A stretch of DNA of 64,000 nt from a virus (taxonomy: Duplodnaviria > Caudoviricetes): the IMG/VR virus record IMGVR_UViG_3300043391_000675, positions 26,006 to 90,005 of that record; one strand, 5' to 3'. The notes under the pieces are model-generated. The model was not told the origin of the DNA, did no database searches, and was given only the letters and a program-made list of their open reading frames with translations. Positions 18,402 to 27,897 of this stretch are shown here, one piece after another; within the stretch, counting starts at the first letter, position 1; each line of letters begins with the position of its first letter. A program made the position numbers and the translations under genes.

Positions 18402-18824
18402 TTATGGTGCAGAAACAATTTTTTTACCAGCGCTAATCCAATGAAAATTAATTGGGCCTTTAACATTTTTTTCAGCGTAAACATTTAGCTTGGTGGAGTC
18501 TTTGTTTCCAGAAATAGACCATCTAATATTATTTGTCTTTGGGTCTTGTAGTCTTGGGGTTGCTACGACATACGCAACTTCATAGTCAGCGCCCCAACCT
18601 AATTCTATTTCAATTGTATTTACCTTGCCACCTACTAATCCGTTTTCAAATGTGGCTACGTCAGCGTTTAGATGCATTACAGAAAGTTTAGTTACGCTAT
18701 TTGCAGTAGTTGTGCTTAAGTTATAAGACTCATCAGATTGAAGTTTTATTTGATCTATCTGAGTTTGAAGGTCTTGAAGCTTTTTTGGATCTACTGGCTC
18801 ACCGTCTGCAAATGTTACTGTCAA
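18402..18824 (-). CDS. Hypothetical, possibly virion-associated protein
   Basis: 140-aa ORF (TTG start) at the distal end of the tail module. Confidence 0.65.
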   Translation of the reverse strand: MTVTFADGEPVDPKKLQDLQTQIDQIKLQSDESYNLSTTTANSVTKLSVMHLNADVATFENGLVGGKVNTIEIELGWGADYEVAYVVATPRLQDPKTNNIRWSISGNKDSTKLNVYAEKNVKGPINFHWISAGKKIVSAP

Positions 18825-19013
18825 TTACATTTCCTCCAGCTTAGATTGAATTTCATCGGAATAACTATCTAAAGCTTTTTGTTTATCATCTGATTGATTA
18901 GATAGCACTGTAAGTTCTGCTCTTAGCATAGCAATTTGCAACTCATAATTAGCTGCGAGTTGCCCAATTCTTTCCTGCATAGCAGTTATAATTAGCTCTT
19001 CTTTATTTTGCAT
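18825..19013 (-). CDS. Small coiled-coil protein
   Basis: 62-aa heptad-rich ORF. Confidence 0.65.
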   Translation of the reverse strand: MQNKEELIITAMQERIGQLAANYELQIAMLRAELTVLSNQSDDKQKALDSYSDEIQSKLEEM

Positions 19014-19021
19014 TTTTGTCC

Positions 19022-19240
19022 TTAGCTAACTAAAAGTAGTTCTGCTTCAAGGGCAGCTATTTTTTTATTAATTGAAACAAGCTGCGAGTTCAACTGACTT
19101 AAAGATTCTGCAGAAGGTGTCGTTAAAGACTGCTCTTCTAGAATTGAAAGATCTGTATTATACTTAGTATAAGATAGATTTCTTAGGTGAGTTGTAATCA
19201 CCGTTGCTTTTTCTTCATTTGTTAATTCATAATCTGACAT
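19022..19240 (-). CDS. Small coiled-coil protein
   Basis: 72-aa ORF, RBS GGAGG, upstream TGGTATAAT at 19266-19274. Confidence 0.7.
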   Translation of the reverse strand: MSDYELTNEEKATVITTHLRNLSYTKYNTDLSILEEQSLTTPSAESLSQLNSQLVSINKKIAALEAELLLVS

Positions 19241-19274
19241 TTTATACCTCCATGTTTATTATATTATTATACCA

Positions 19275-19511
19275 TTACCATTTGTCTACAGGACAAGTGG
19301 CTAATTGAAGCTTTGTTTTAGCCGCCATAAAGCAGCCACATTCAGAACATGTTTTAGTTGTCTGATTAAAAAGAGGGCATTCTAAGCATATAGAATACCT
19401 TTTATCAGCTAAATCCTTATCTGCATACTCTGTATTTGGATCTAGAAAATCCCATGGCTTTACCCCATCGGAAGTTACTAGATTTTTCATCTGTTGCCAT
19501 TTGCTAGCCAA
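19275..19511 (-). CDS. Small Cys-rich protein (CLEC...CSECGC...C; DUF6171-like)
   Basis: RYSICLECPLFNQTTKTCSECGCFMAAKTKLQLATCPVDKW; likely TTG start 19511. Confidence 0.75.
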   Translation of the reverse strand: MASKWQQMKNLVTSDGVKPWDFLDPNTEYADKDLADKRYSICLECPLFNQTTKTCSECGCFMAAKTKLQLATCPVDKW

Positions 19512-19743
19512 TTTCTTCTCGCTTTTCAAAACCCGTTCCATTCCACAAATATCCTTCTGCGGGAGTTGGTAAATCATCAATATCTAATTGAAGATCTTCC
19601 ATATCAATAATGGTTGGATTGCTTGCTAGTGCTGATCTAAGAAGAAATGTTTCTTGTGTTCCAGTAGGTATATTAAACCAACCAGCAAACTCTCCTTCAA
19701 TTAAAACCATATAGGTGCTTCCACCTAGATCTAATTTATTCAT
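19504..19743 (-). CDS. Hypothetical protein
   Basis: 79-aa ORF, RBS GAAAGG, own promoter upstream. Confidence 0.7.
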   Translation of the reverse strand: MNKLDLGGSTYMVLIEGEFAGWFNIPTGTQETFLLRSALASNPTIIDMEDLQLDIDDLPTPAEGYLWNGTGFEKREEIG

Positions 19744-19765
19744 TTATTACCTTTCGAGTTACTAT

Positions 19766-19793
19766 ATTCTATCATTTTTAGTGATATTGTCAA
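19766..19793 (-). promoter_or_regulatory. Sigma70-type promoter
   Basis: TTGACA-16 nt-TAGAAT with extended -10 TGn; same architecture as 18366-18393. Confidence 0.65.
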
Positions 19794-19799
19794 TACCAT

Positions 19800-22700
19800 T
19801 TAGTACCCCCGAAATGTTGGAGGGAAGAACGGTGTTGCAAATGTAGGTGGGAAGAACGGTGGGAAGAACGGTGGGAAGAACGGTGGGAAGAACGGACCGC
19901 CCTTAAAGCTTGGGAAGAACGGTGGGAAGAATGGGAAGAACGGTGGGAAGAATGGGAAGAACGGTGGGAAGAATGGGAAGAACGGTGGGAAGAACGGTGG
20001 GAAGAATGGAGATTCAAAGAACGGTGGGAAGAACGGTGGGAAGAACGGTGGGAAGAACGGTGGGAAGAACGGACCGCCCTTAAAGCTTGGGAAGAATGGC
20101 CCAACTACACATGCCTGAGTTTCTGAAGTTACGCATGGGTTTCCAGAAGGACATGTTCTTGTTCTTGATTGAGAAGAGTTTACACAAGTACTCCATGCTG
20201 ACCAAGCGGTGCAACCAGCTGCTTGTGTTGCATCGCAATTGCAAGGTGTTCCGCATGCTGGATATCCAGATGTGCTGCAGGAAGTTGAATATCCAGATCC
20301 GCTACCACTAATGTTAGAGGCTTCAATTGATTGTGAGCAACCAGCGCAGTTAAAGTTAACACTTGTTGTACAGTACCATGTACTGCATGCTTCAGTTTCA
20401 GATGTTGTACAAACATTTCCTGAAGGACAAGTTCTAGTTCTAGTTCGTGTGCCACCAGAACAAGCGCTCCAGGCAGACCATGCCCCACACTGACTTGCAA
20501 CGCAAACACAAGGTGTTCCGCATGCTGGATATCCAGATGTGCTGCAAGCGGTTGAGTAGCCAGATCCGCTGCCGCTTATGTTGCTACTTTCAATTGATTG
20601 TGAACAGCCAGCACAGTTGGAGTTAACGCTTGTTGTACAGTACCATGTACTACAAGTTTCAGTTTCAGATGTTGTACATGGTGATCCTGATGGGCAAGTT
20701 CGTGTTCTAGTTCTTAGTCCTCCAGAACAAGCGCTCCAAAAGCTCCAAGACCCACAAGCGTTGCTTGCAGTGGCATCACAAACGCAAGGCGTCTGGCATG
20801 CTGGATATCCAGATGTGCTGCAAGCGGTTGAGTAGCCAGATCCGCTGCCGCTAATATTACTTCCTTCAATTGAATACCCACAACCATAACAGTTAGCTGG
20901 CGTACTTGTTGTGCAATACCAACACTGTTGTGATTCTGAAGTTGAGCATGGAGATCCAGAAGGGCAGACTCTTGTTCGAGTTCTGTATCCTCCAGAACAA
21001 GCACTCCAAGCAGACCAAGCTCCGCAAGCACTATTCTGTGTCGAATCACAAACGCAAGGAGTAGCACAAGCGTAGTAAGATCCATTTTGATTACATGCCG
21101 TTGAGTAGCCAGATCCACCACCGCTTATGTTACTGGACTGAATGGTGTAAGAACAGCCAGCACAGTTTGAGTTAAGGCTTGTTGTACAATACCAGCACTG
21201 CTCTGTCTGTGTTGTTACGCAGGGGTTACCAGCAGGGCAAGTTCTAGTTCTTGTTCTTGTATGGCTTGCAGAACAAGCACTCCATTCACCCCACGCACCG
21301 CATGCGCTTTCTGCAGATGCACTGCAAACACAAGGTGTAGCGCATTCGTAGTAAGTTCCAGTTTGGTTGCATGCCGTTGAGTAGCCAGATCCACCACCGC
21401 TTATGTTACTGGACTGAATGGTGTAAGAACAGCCAGCACAGTTTGAGTTAAGGCTTGTTGTACAGTACCAGCACTGCTCTGTCTGTGTTGTTACGCAAGG
21501 GTTGCCAGCGGGACAAATTCTTGTACGGGTTCTTGTGTGGCTTGCAGAACAAGCACTCCACTCACCCCAAGTACCACATGCGCTTTCTGCAGATGCACTG
21601 CAAACGCAAGGGGTAGCGCAAACTGGATATGCTATTGAACTGCATGCTGTTGAATATCCAGACCCACTACCGCTTATGTTAGTTGATTCTATTGTTTGGC
21701 TACAACCAGCACAATTAAAATTAACGCTTGTTGTACAGTACCAGCAATTTTCAGTTAATACATCGTCACTTTCAACTATAGTACAATCTAACATATTTTC
21801 AATCTTAGTTCTAGTTTTTGTTCTAGTTCCATTAGAACATTCAGAATATGGTCCGTACTCAGTATATGTAGTAGATACGCAACATGATGGAGTAGTATAA
21901 CATGCAATGGAGTAGCCAGATCCAGTTGCACTTACATTTGTTGGTGACTCAAAAGTACTGCAAGATATTGGTGTCGATTGAACATAAGAAACACAATACC
22001 ATGTACCTGTTGTTTCACAAATTGGAGCCGATACTTCATAGTCATAAGAAAATGCAGTTAAATCTATATCATTAATTTTTGAAGTTGTTACAGTTACACA
22101 GGACGGTTGATCTGATTCTATGTCTGTAACGAATATTGTATTTCCAGTTCTAGAAGCATTTCCATTTGTGCAGCTTAGCTCTATATCAAATGAGCTGATG
22201 TCTGAGTAGTTTAATATTGTAACTTTAAAAGAAGTGGCGGTAGCGTCAAATGCTCTTGATAGCATAGCCTGAATACCCCAATTAAGAACTCTAATGCTTT
22301 CTGTAACAGTATTACTTTCTTTTAGCGGTATAGATGTTCCGCCTAATGCAGTAACAGATACATTATACAAAGCATTCTCAGTAAGTCCAGTAACTACTGC
22401 AGATGAATCTGTAGTAGTTACTGGGTATCCAGGTATAGAAATACCTGTTTGATTTCTTTTTATATCTACACGATATTGTGTTGCATTTGTAGAAAGCCAA
22501 TCTACAGAAAATGATGTTCTTGTTCTATTAGAAAATGTAATAGTTGGATCTTCAATAACTCCTGGCTGCCAGTCTATAAACGCAAGCTCTTGAGTTGGAC
22601 CAATTTCAGAATATCTTACACCAGTAAATTCTCTATAATAATCATCAGCTATGATTGACAGCTCCCACTGATAGCTATCATTAGGGTCTAAACTATTTGG

Positions 22701-23516
22701 CAAATTGATTGTTACTGAAGTGTCAGTGAGCAATACTGGTTCTGGCACATAAAGCTTTTGAACACCTGCACTATCATATAAGCTTATTATCTGTGACCAC
22801 ATATATGTCGGAACCTGAGCGGGTGTTATTGTTGCTGGATCGTATGCCCAAGATAGGGTTACAGATGTCTGAGTTTCATCTGTAATATCAAATGATGATA
22901 TGTTAAACCAGTATCTGGCTGCAATTCCTAGGCCTGGAAAATTAACATCAGCTTCCCCACTACTATTTTCAGCTTTTATTTTGCCTCTAAATTTTACTTT
23001 ATTAAGCACATTTGCTTTTGTTATTAATGGCCTGTTAGATGCGCTCACTGGGACTTGATATAGATAATCTGCATCTGAATAATCATCATATTGTTTAACT
23101 ACAGGTGTTATTAAATCTGTCCATGTAGAATATGGAGGATCTGATTTTTGTATATACATAGTAAATTTTGTAGGCTCTTCATTCCATTGGCCTCTTACTA
23201 AATACATTTTGTCCCCATTAAAAGGAGAATCTATTGATTCAAATCCGTCAGAGCTAATAAATGTAAGTGATGGTGGATTTGCTGTTTCAGCATTAGGCAC
23301 ATTAGTTCCAAATATTTTAAACCAAAGTCCTGACGTTCCTAGTTGCCAAACACTTTTTACTCTTAGCCAGCCATCAATAACCCATGGGTTAGAGCTTAAT
23401 CCAGAGTTTATTGTGTCTGAAACAGAAGCTTTTCTCCAGATGCTTCGAATCTTTACCCATCCGTTTATATTATGAGCACCAGTATCGGTTGCGCTAGTTT
23501 TTCTCCAGATGCTCAT
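19800..23516 (-). CDS. Large putative virion appendage: W-rich N-terminus, FN3-like domains, seven Cys-rich thrombospondin-1-like repeats, C-terminal (PPFF)n-FRGY
   Basis: FN3-like FSVDW...VTGLTENALYNVSVTA; repeats WYCTT...GYSTAC...CGxWxxWSACS..RTRTRTC; Pro/Phe tail. Confidence 0.85.
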   Translation of the reverse strand: MSIWRKTSATDTGAHNINGWVKIRSIWRKASVSDTINSGLSSNPWVIDGWLRVKSVWQLGTSGLWFKIFGTNVPNAETANPPSLTFISSDGFESIDSPFNGDKMYLVRGQWNEEPTKFTMYIQKSDPPYSTWTDLITPVVKQYDDYSDADYLYQVPVSASNRPLITKANVLNKVKFRGKIKAENSSGEADVNFPGLGIAARYWFNISSFDITDETQTSVTLSWAYDPATITPAQVPTYMWSQIISLYDSAGVQKLYVPEPVLLTDTSVTINLPNSLDPNDSYQWELSIIADDYYREFTGVRYSEIGPTQELAFIDWQPGVIEDPTITFSNRTRTSFSVDWLSTNATQYRVDIKRNQTGISIPGYPVTTTDSSAVVTGLTENALYNVSVTALGGTSIPLKESNTVTESIRVLNWGIQAMLSRAFDATATSFKVTILNYSDISSFDIELSCTNGNASRTGNTIFVTDIESDQPSCVTVTTSKINDIDLTAFSYDYEVSAPICETTGTWYCVSYVQSTPISCSTFESPTNVSATGSGYSIACYTTPSCCVSTTYTEYGPYSECSNGTRTKTRTKIENMLDCTIVESDDVLTENCWYCTTSVNFNCAGCSQTIESTNISGSGSGYSTACSSIAYPVCATPCVCSASAESACGTWGEWSACSASHTRTRTRICPAGNPCVTTQTEQCWYCTTSLNSNCAGCSYTIQSSNISGGGSGYSTACNQTGTYYECATPCVCSASAESACGAWGEWSACSASHTRTRTRTCPAGNPCVTTQTEQCWYCTTSLNSNCAGCSYTIQSSNISGGGSGYSTACNQNGSYYACATPCVCDSTQNSACGAWSAWSACSGGYRTRTRVCPSGSPCSTSESQQCWYCTTSTPANCYGCGYSIEGSNISGSGSGYSTACSTSGYPACQTPCVCDATASNACGSWSFWSACSGGLRTRTRTCPSGSPCTTSETETCSTWYCTTSVNSNCAGCSQSIESSNISGSGSGYSTACSTSGYPACGTPCVCVASQCGAWSAWSACSGGTRTRTRTCPSGNVCTTSETEACSTWYCTTSVNFNCAGCSQSIEASNISGSGSGYSTSCSTSGYPACGTPCNCDATQAAGCTAWSAWSTCVNSSQSRTRTCPSGNPCVTSETQACVVGPFFPSFKGGPFFPPFFPPFFPPFFPPFFESPFFPPFFPPFFPFFPPFFPFFPPFFPFFPPFFPSFKGGPFFPPFFPPFFPPFFPPTFATPFFPPTFRGY
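19803..20099 (-). repeat. In-frame 12-nt/9-nt tandem repeat encoding PPFF/PFF (array 1)
   Basis: Units CCACCGTTCTTC and CCATTCTTC; internal duplication of PSFKGGPFFPPFF. Confidence 0.95.
20109..22004 (-). repeat. Seven ~90-aa Cys-rich modules (one degenerate), each with a TSR-like WxxWxxC...RxRxC half
   Basis: Direct alignment of the units in the translation; about 12 Cys per unit. Confidence 0.9.
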
Positions 23517-26500
23517 TATGCTTTCCTACTTAATATTATGTCTCCAACAGAAAACGCTTTAGTTCCTTGATCTCCATCATTAAATTGTGATCTAGAAGAT
23601 GCTCCGTCTGGATAATTGTTTCCAGCATAAAAGAAAGCTCTACCCGTAGTCAAAAATCCATCTTGATTTTGTACAACCGTTGTATCTCCAGCTGTTCCAT
23701 TGTTGTCGCTTTGAACAGCTAATGCAATTTTAAAAGCAGCATAAGCTTTTTTATCTGGATTTATTGAAAAAATTCCATTTTCATAAACAATAGATCTGTT
23801 TCCTAGGCTAAAGTTTCCAGCAGATTTTGTTACCCCACCTATAGTTGTGCTTTTGCCAAGAAGGTAATCACTTGAAAAACTAGCTCCGCCCAAAAATACG
23901 TTAGATGCAACTAAATCTGTTTTAACTTTAAACTCAGATCCATTGTATGTTAAGTTGCCATTAGCTAGTCTAAAATTACCAGATGAGGATATATAATCAA
24001 TATTGCCTGGGTTTCCAGTTCCGCTTCCTGTCTCTGGGTTCCATGTGCCTGGATCGGGTGAATCTGCGCCAGTATTTGCTGCGTACCAATTTGTAGGATT
24101 CCAAAAGAAAACATTTGATCCAACAATATTTCCTCCAGCAATTGTTCCCTGTAAACCATCTAGTTTAACTTTTACTGTGCTACTTCCATCGATAAATGAT
24201 TCTAAAAACTTTCCGTTTATTTTCCATCCACTAGTTATCTTTTTGCTTGTTGCATCATACAATCCAAAGTATCCTGACCTGGCCTCTATAGATCCAGATA
24301 GTGTTGCTTCCTTTGCAATTAAAGATCCACCATATGTTACTGAGAAATTAGGACCAGGAGTTCCTGCCCTATTTCCGCCTGCCCAAATAGCAATATCTGA
24401 TAAAGTTGTTGTATTATAAAAGCCAATATTTTCTCCGTTATTAATAGAAGTATCGGTAATGGCCCAACCACCAATACTTCCCTTCCTTGCAATAATTCCA
24501 TTAACTGGATCTAGCTGAGCATAAATTCCATTTGTTGTATTTGTAACCTGTATGCCAGAACCTACTGTGGATCCAAGCACTGTAGCAAGTTGCCCAATTT
24601 CTACCTTGCCACCAGATGTTCCAGGAACGGTAACCCTCAGCTGTCCAGGGAACACAGTGTCAACACCATTGACTTTAATTGTACCGCCAATATCTATTGA
24701 GCCAAGTATTCCAGATGATGCTTTTATTACTCCACTGAGTTCTGCATTAACCGCTTTAACCAATCCATCAGTATCAACTTCAAAATTAGAACCAACCTTA
24801 ATTGTTCCACCAGTAATATGAAGATTTTTTGCTTTTACATATCCTGCACTAGTTACTGAGAATTTAGCATCTTCATTTGCATTTACTGAATACCCACCAG
24901 CTACTCCTCCGCCTGCCCAAAATGCGTAGGTGCCGCTTGGAGATAAGCCAGCATACGTTCCAGTTGTTGCATTTAAAGTATTTTCAATTTTGCCGCTAGA
25001 TATAACCCAGTTAGCAATTTTTGCTTTTTGAGTTATAAATGTTGCTGTAACACCGTTGTCTTCACCAATTATTTGCGTTGTTGGATTTGTTCCATTTAAA
25101 TCATTTGAGTCGTATAAAAATAAACCACGCTTATTTATAAGCATTCTTGCACCAGATAAAACTGGATTGTCATTAGCATCTAAAGTGCCAGCAAAAATAG
25201 ATCCATCTGTTTTTATCTTGACAGGATTTTCAATTAAAGAAAGAGATGCGACATCTATTATAGTAACCGAAACTGCAGCAGAAATAGTAGCAAGACCCTC
25301 TTCACATGTCCACTGGCCTTTAACCCAAACTATATTGCCAGCATTTGCTTCATCGTAAACAATCACTGGGCTTGAGTTAGAAGACGCAACAAGAGAGTAA
25401 GTTCCGTTTTCTGTCGAACTTTGGTAAACCTTTATTCCAGTAGCACTGGCATTTAAATTAGAAGATACGCTATACCCATTAGACAATGCTGTTACAGATA
25501 TAGTGGTTGTAATTCCAGAAAGAGGATTTGGTTTTACTGCTGTTGCTAATCCAGATATTGCAACTTGCGTTGTATTTTCATTTCTATATATATCAAGGTC
25601 CGTAACATATCCGCTTGAAAAAGAGCTTGGGCTATCTCCGAATGCGTCTATAATTTTTGATCTAGTTATCTTGACTGAAGTTGTTGCAGATGCTGCTGCA
25701 GAAACTGGATACTCAAAGGATCTAGTTTTGGTTCCAGATGTAAGGTGTACTATAACATAAGATGGTAAATTTAGTGCTGGCATCGTGAAAGAAACATCTA
25801 AGTCTCTAACATTCCATACAGCTGATGGATTAATTACTGGGTCTGGAGGTAGGTCATCAAATACAATTTGATCATAAGCTTTTCCTTCAACAATTGGGGA
25901 ATCAATAGACTGGCACCCAGAATCAGACAAGTGATTTAATTTAACATATACTGTATTCAATGTATATAATGTTATTGATGCTGGACCAAAGCCTGTGTAC
26001 CTAAGAACCCAATTATATGGAGATGCTGTTTCTGAAACATAAACTCTAGTTTCTCTGTATGTTCCAATTTTAGTTGCAGGATCTTGCCAAGAAACAATTA
26101 TGCTGCTATCTGCACTTACAACTGTAGGGGCAAGCGTCGATGCTACACATATAGGGTCTACATAAACAGGTATAGTAAATGGACAATCGTCAGATGATCC
26201 GTCTCCATATATACTTGTTATCTTTCCTGTTATTGTTGTTTGAAACACTCCGCCAAAGTTTGCCATGTTATTTGCTTGGCTAAGTGTATAGCTGTATTGG
26301 CTTACTCCAGCTTTTGTAGCAAATGGGACGAAGATTGGCTCTTCTCCTGCTGCAGTTAAAGTTAATTGGAAAAGTCTTATTCTTTCATCACGAGTTACAT
26401 TGTCTTCTAAAAATGGCTTTTCCCAAGAAACTTTTAAATCTGCAGTGCTTTCATCCCATACCGCAACAACATTAATTGGGCAAGTTCTTCTTGGGCCAGG

Positions 26501-26674
26501 TGTTCTAAAATTAAATCTGTCAGAGAACTCGCTTGTACCTAAAGTTTTATCGCTAAACACCCAGGCTGCTTGAAGAGCATAATCGGTACTACAATCTAAA
26601 TCTGGAATTACAACATCCCAGTAATCACCATCTTGTTTTTGTGTGATACCTAGATCTGGATATTGTTCTGACAT
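23516..26674 (-). CDS. Minor tail / host-specificity protein with FN3/Ig-like domains
   Basis: Beta-rich FN3-like segments, repeated GxIGGWxI-type motifs, position in tail module. Confidence 0.7.
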   Translation of the reverse strand: MSEQYPDLGITQKQDGDYWDVVIPDLDCSTDYALQAAWVFSDKTLGTSEFSDRFNFRTPGPRRTCPINVVAVWDESTADLKVSWEKPFLEDNVTRDERIRLFQLTLTAAGEEPIFVPFATKAGVSQYSYTLSQANNMANFGGVFQTTITGKITSIYGDGSSDDCPFTIPVYVDPICVASTLAPTVVSADSSIIVSWQDPATKIGTYRETRVYVSETASPYNWVLRYTGFGPASITLYTLNTVYVKLNHLSDSGCQSIDSPIVEGKAYDQIVFDDLPPDPVINPSAVWNVRDLDVSFTMPALNLPSYVIVHLTSGTKTRSFEYPVSAAASATTSVKITRSKIIDAFGDSPSSFSSGYVTDLDIYRNENTTQVAISGLATAVKPNPLSGITTTISVTALSNGYSVSSNLNASATGIKVYQSSTENGTYSLVASSNSSPVIVYDEANAGNIVWVKGQWTCEEGLATISAAVSVTIIDVASLSLIENPVKIKTDGSIFAGTLDANDNPVLSGARMLINKRGLFLYDSNDLNGTNPTTQIIGEDNGVTATFITQKAKIANWVISSGKIENTLNATTGTYAGLSPSGTYAFWAGGGVAGGYSVNANEDAKFSVTSAGYVKAKNLHITGGTIKVGSNFEVDTDGLVKAVNAELSGVIKASSGILGSIDIGGTIKVNGVDTVFPGQLRVTVPGTSGGKVEIGQLATVLGSTVGSGIQVTNTTNGIYAQLDPVNGIIARKGSIGGWAITDTSINNGENIGFYNTTTLSDIAIWAGGNRAGTPGPNFSVTYGGSLIAKEATLSGSIEARSGYFGLYDATSKKITSGWKINGKFLESFIDGSSTVKVKLDGLQGTIAGGNIVGSNVFFWNPTNWYAANTGADSPDPGTWNPETGSGTGNPGNIDYISSSGNFRLANGNLTYNGSEFKVKTDLVASNVFLGGASFSSDYLLGKSTTIGGVTKSAGNFSLGNRSIVYENGIFSINPDKKAYAAFKIALAVQSDNNGTAGDTTVVQNQDGFLTTGRAFFYAGNNYPDGASSRSQFNDGDQGTKAFSVGDIILSRKA

Positions 26675-26675
26675 G

Positions 26676-27536
26676 CTAAACTCCGAACGATAGGTCTAGT
26701 TTAAATTCTATTGCTGCTTCTCTTCCAATTACTTTAATTAATGTTGAATCCAACATAGATCTGGCAATCAGTCCATACTCTGGGTCAAAGGTGTCCTCAT
26801 CATTTATTCTAAGACCATCCATAGATACGGATGTTTGAGCAGATGTTGGAGTAACTACAATACCTAATTTTACAACGCTTTGTGCATTAAATGTTCCTGT
26901 TGATACTCCAGCAGACATATTTAAATTTTTAATATTATAACCAACTGAATGTCCAGTAAATGTAAATTGCAGATAATCTGTATCTGAGCTATATAGTCTT
27001 ACTTTTAATGAAGACAGATTAGCATCATTTACTTTATATGAAAATGATAATGTGTCTGATGGGTTATATCCAGATAGGTCTATATCTCCAAGGTCATAGG
27101 TATATTCTTTTGCCGCCGCCCCGTTTGAAGTAAATATTAATGAGCTGTCTCCAACTCTATAATCAGTTTGATCTAATGCTGGTTCTGGGCTCCACTTGTA
27201 TGGTAATTCAAAGTTAGATATGAACTTGCTTTCGTATAAATTCTTTGAGTAAGATTGTCCAGAGTATATTCCAATCTCGTTAATCTTACCTGCAATGTTT
27301 GTAGGAATTGTAGCAGAATATATAACTGTATACCTTGCTGGTGATACAGATGTGTCTATATCTATTCCGCCCTGCCTAATTGGAACTCTATAAAATTCAA
27401 ATCCTAATCTTGAGTTTGTGTTAGATAAAGCATACTCAGTTGATGTTGCAATTCCTAATGCCATCTCCTTTGAAGAAAATGCGGAGTTACCAGCAACAAA
27501 GTTGGCTAGAAATCTTTTACCAAATTTAGTTATCAT
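26676..27536 (-). CDS. Minor tail/baseplate protein
   Basis: MITKFGKRFL...RLGFEFYRVP...INEIGIY pattern; tail module position. Confidence 0.6.
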   Translation of the reverse strand: MITKFGKRFLANFVAGNSAFSSKEMALGIATSTEYALSNTNSRLGFEFYRVPIRQGGIDIDTSVSPARYTVIYSATIPTNIAGKINEIGIYSGQSYSKNLYESKFISNFELPYKWSPEPALDQTDYRVGDSSLIFTSNGAAAKEYTYDLGDIDLSGYNPSDTLSFSYKVNDANLSSLKVRLYSSDTDYLQFTFTGHSVGYNIKNLNMSAGVSTGTFNAQSVVKLGIVVTPTSAQTSVSMDGLRINDEDTFDPEYGLIARSMLDSTLIKVIGREAAIEFKLDLSFGV

Positions 27537-27874
27537 GATCTTCCTCCTTGCGTATCTGATATTGTTATTGCATAAAGGAAGCCATCTATTTGCTCTTCAC
27601 TTGAATTATAAATTCTAAACTTTGCTCTCGCCCTTTGCATTCCAGATGCATCCTCATATAGCTCAAAGCCTTTTAAGACTATGTCTGAAAGTTGTGGCCT
27701 CTTTCCAGTCCTTGGATCTGGATCCCCGTCTCCAGGAGCTCCACCAGAAGCTGTTGCTGAGAATGGAAACGATGCGGTAGAGGCTTGAGTCTCTCCAGAC
27801 TTGCCTTTCCATACTGCAGCTAAGCGTGGGTCATCATCAAATATGACCGCAATTTTTCCTGCTTCGATTCCCAT
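27533..27874 (-). CDS. Hypothetical tail-module protein (leaderless)
   Basis: 113-aa ORF; TGGTATAAT ends 6 nt before ATG. Confidence 0.65.
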   Translation of the reverse strand: MGIEAGKIAVIFDDDPRLAAVWKGKSGETQASTASFPFSATASGGAPGDGDPDPRTGKRPQLSDIVLKGFELYEDASGMQRARAKFRIYNSSEEQIDGFLYAITISDTQGGRS

Positions 27875-27897
27875 TTATTTATTATACCATTACGTTA

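Noticed and set aside
19790-20104. Alternative-frame ORFs over the PPFF arrays (HRSSHRSS at 19790-20104; GRTVGRM at 58322-58648)
   Set aside because: They are shadows of stop-free 12-nt repeats, have no RBS, and overlap coherent genes.
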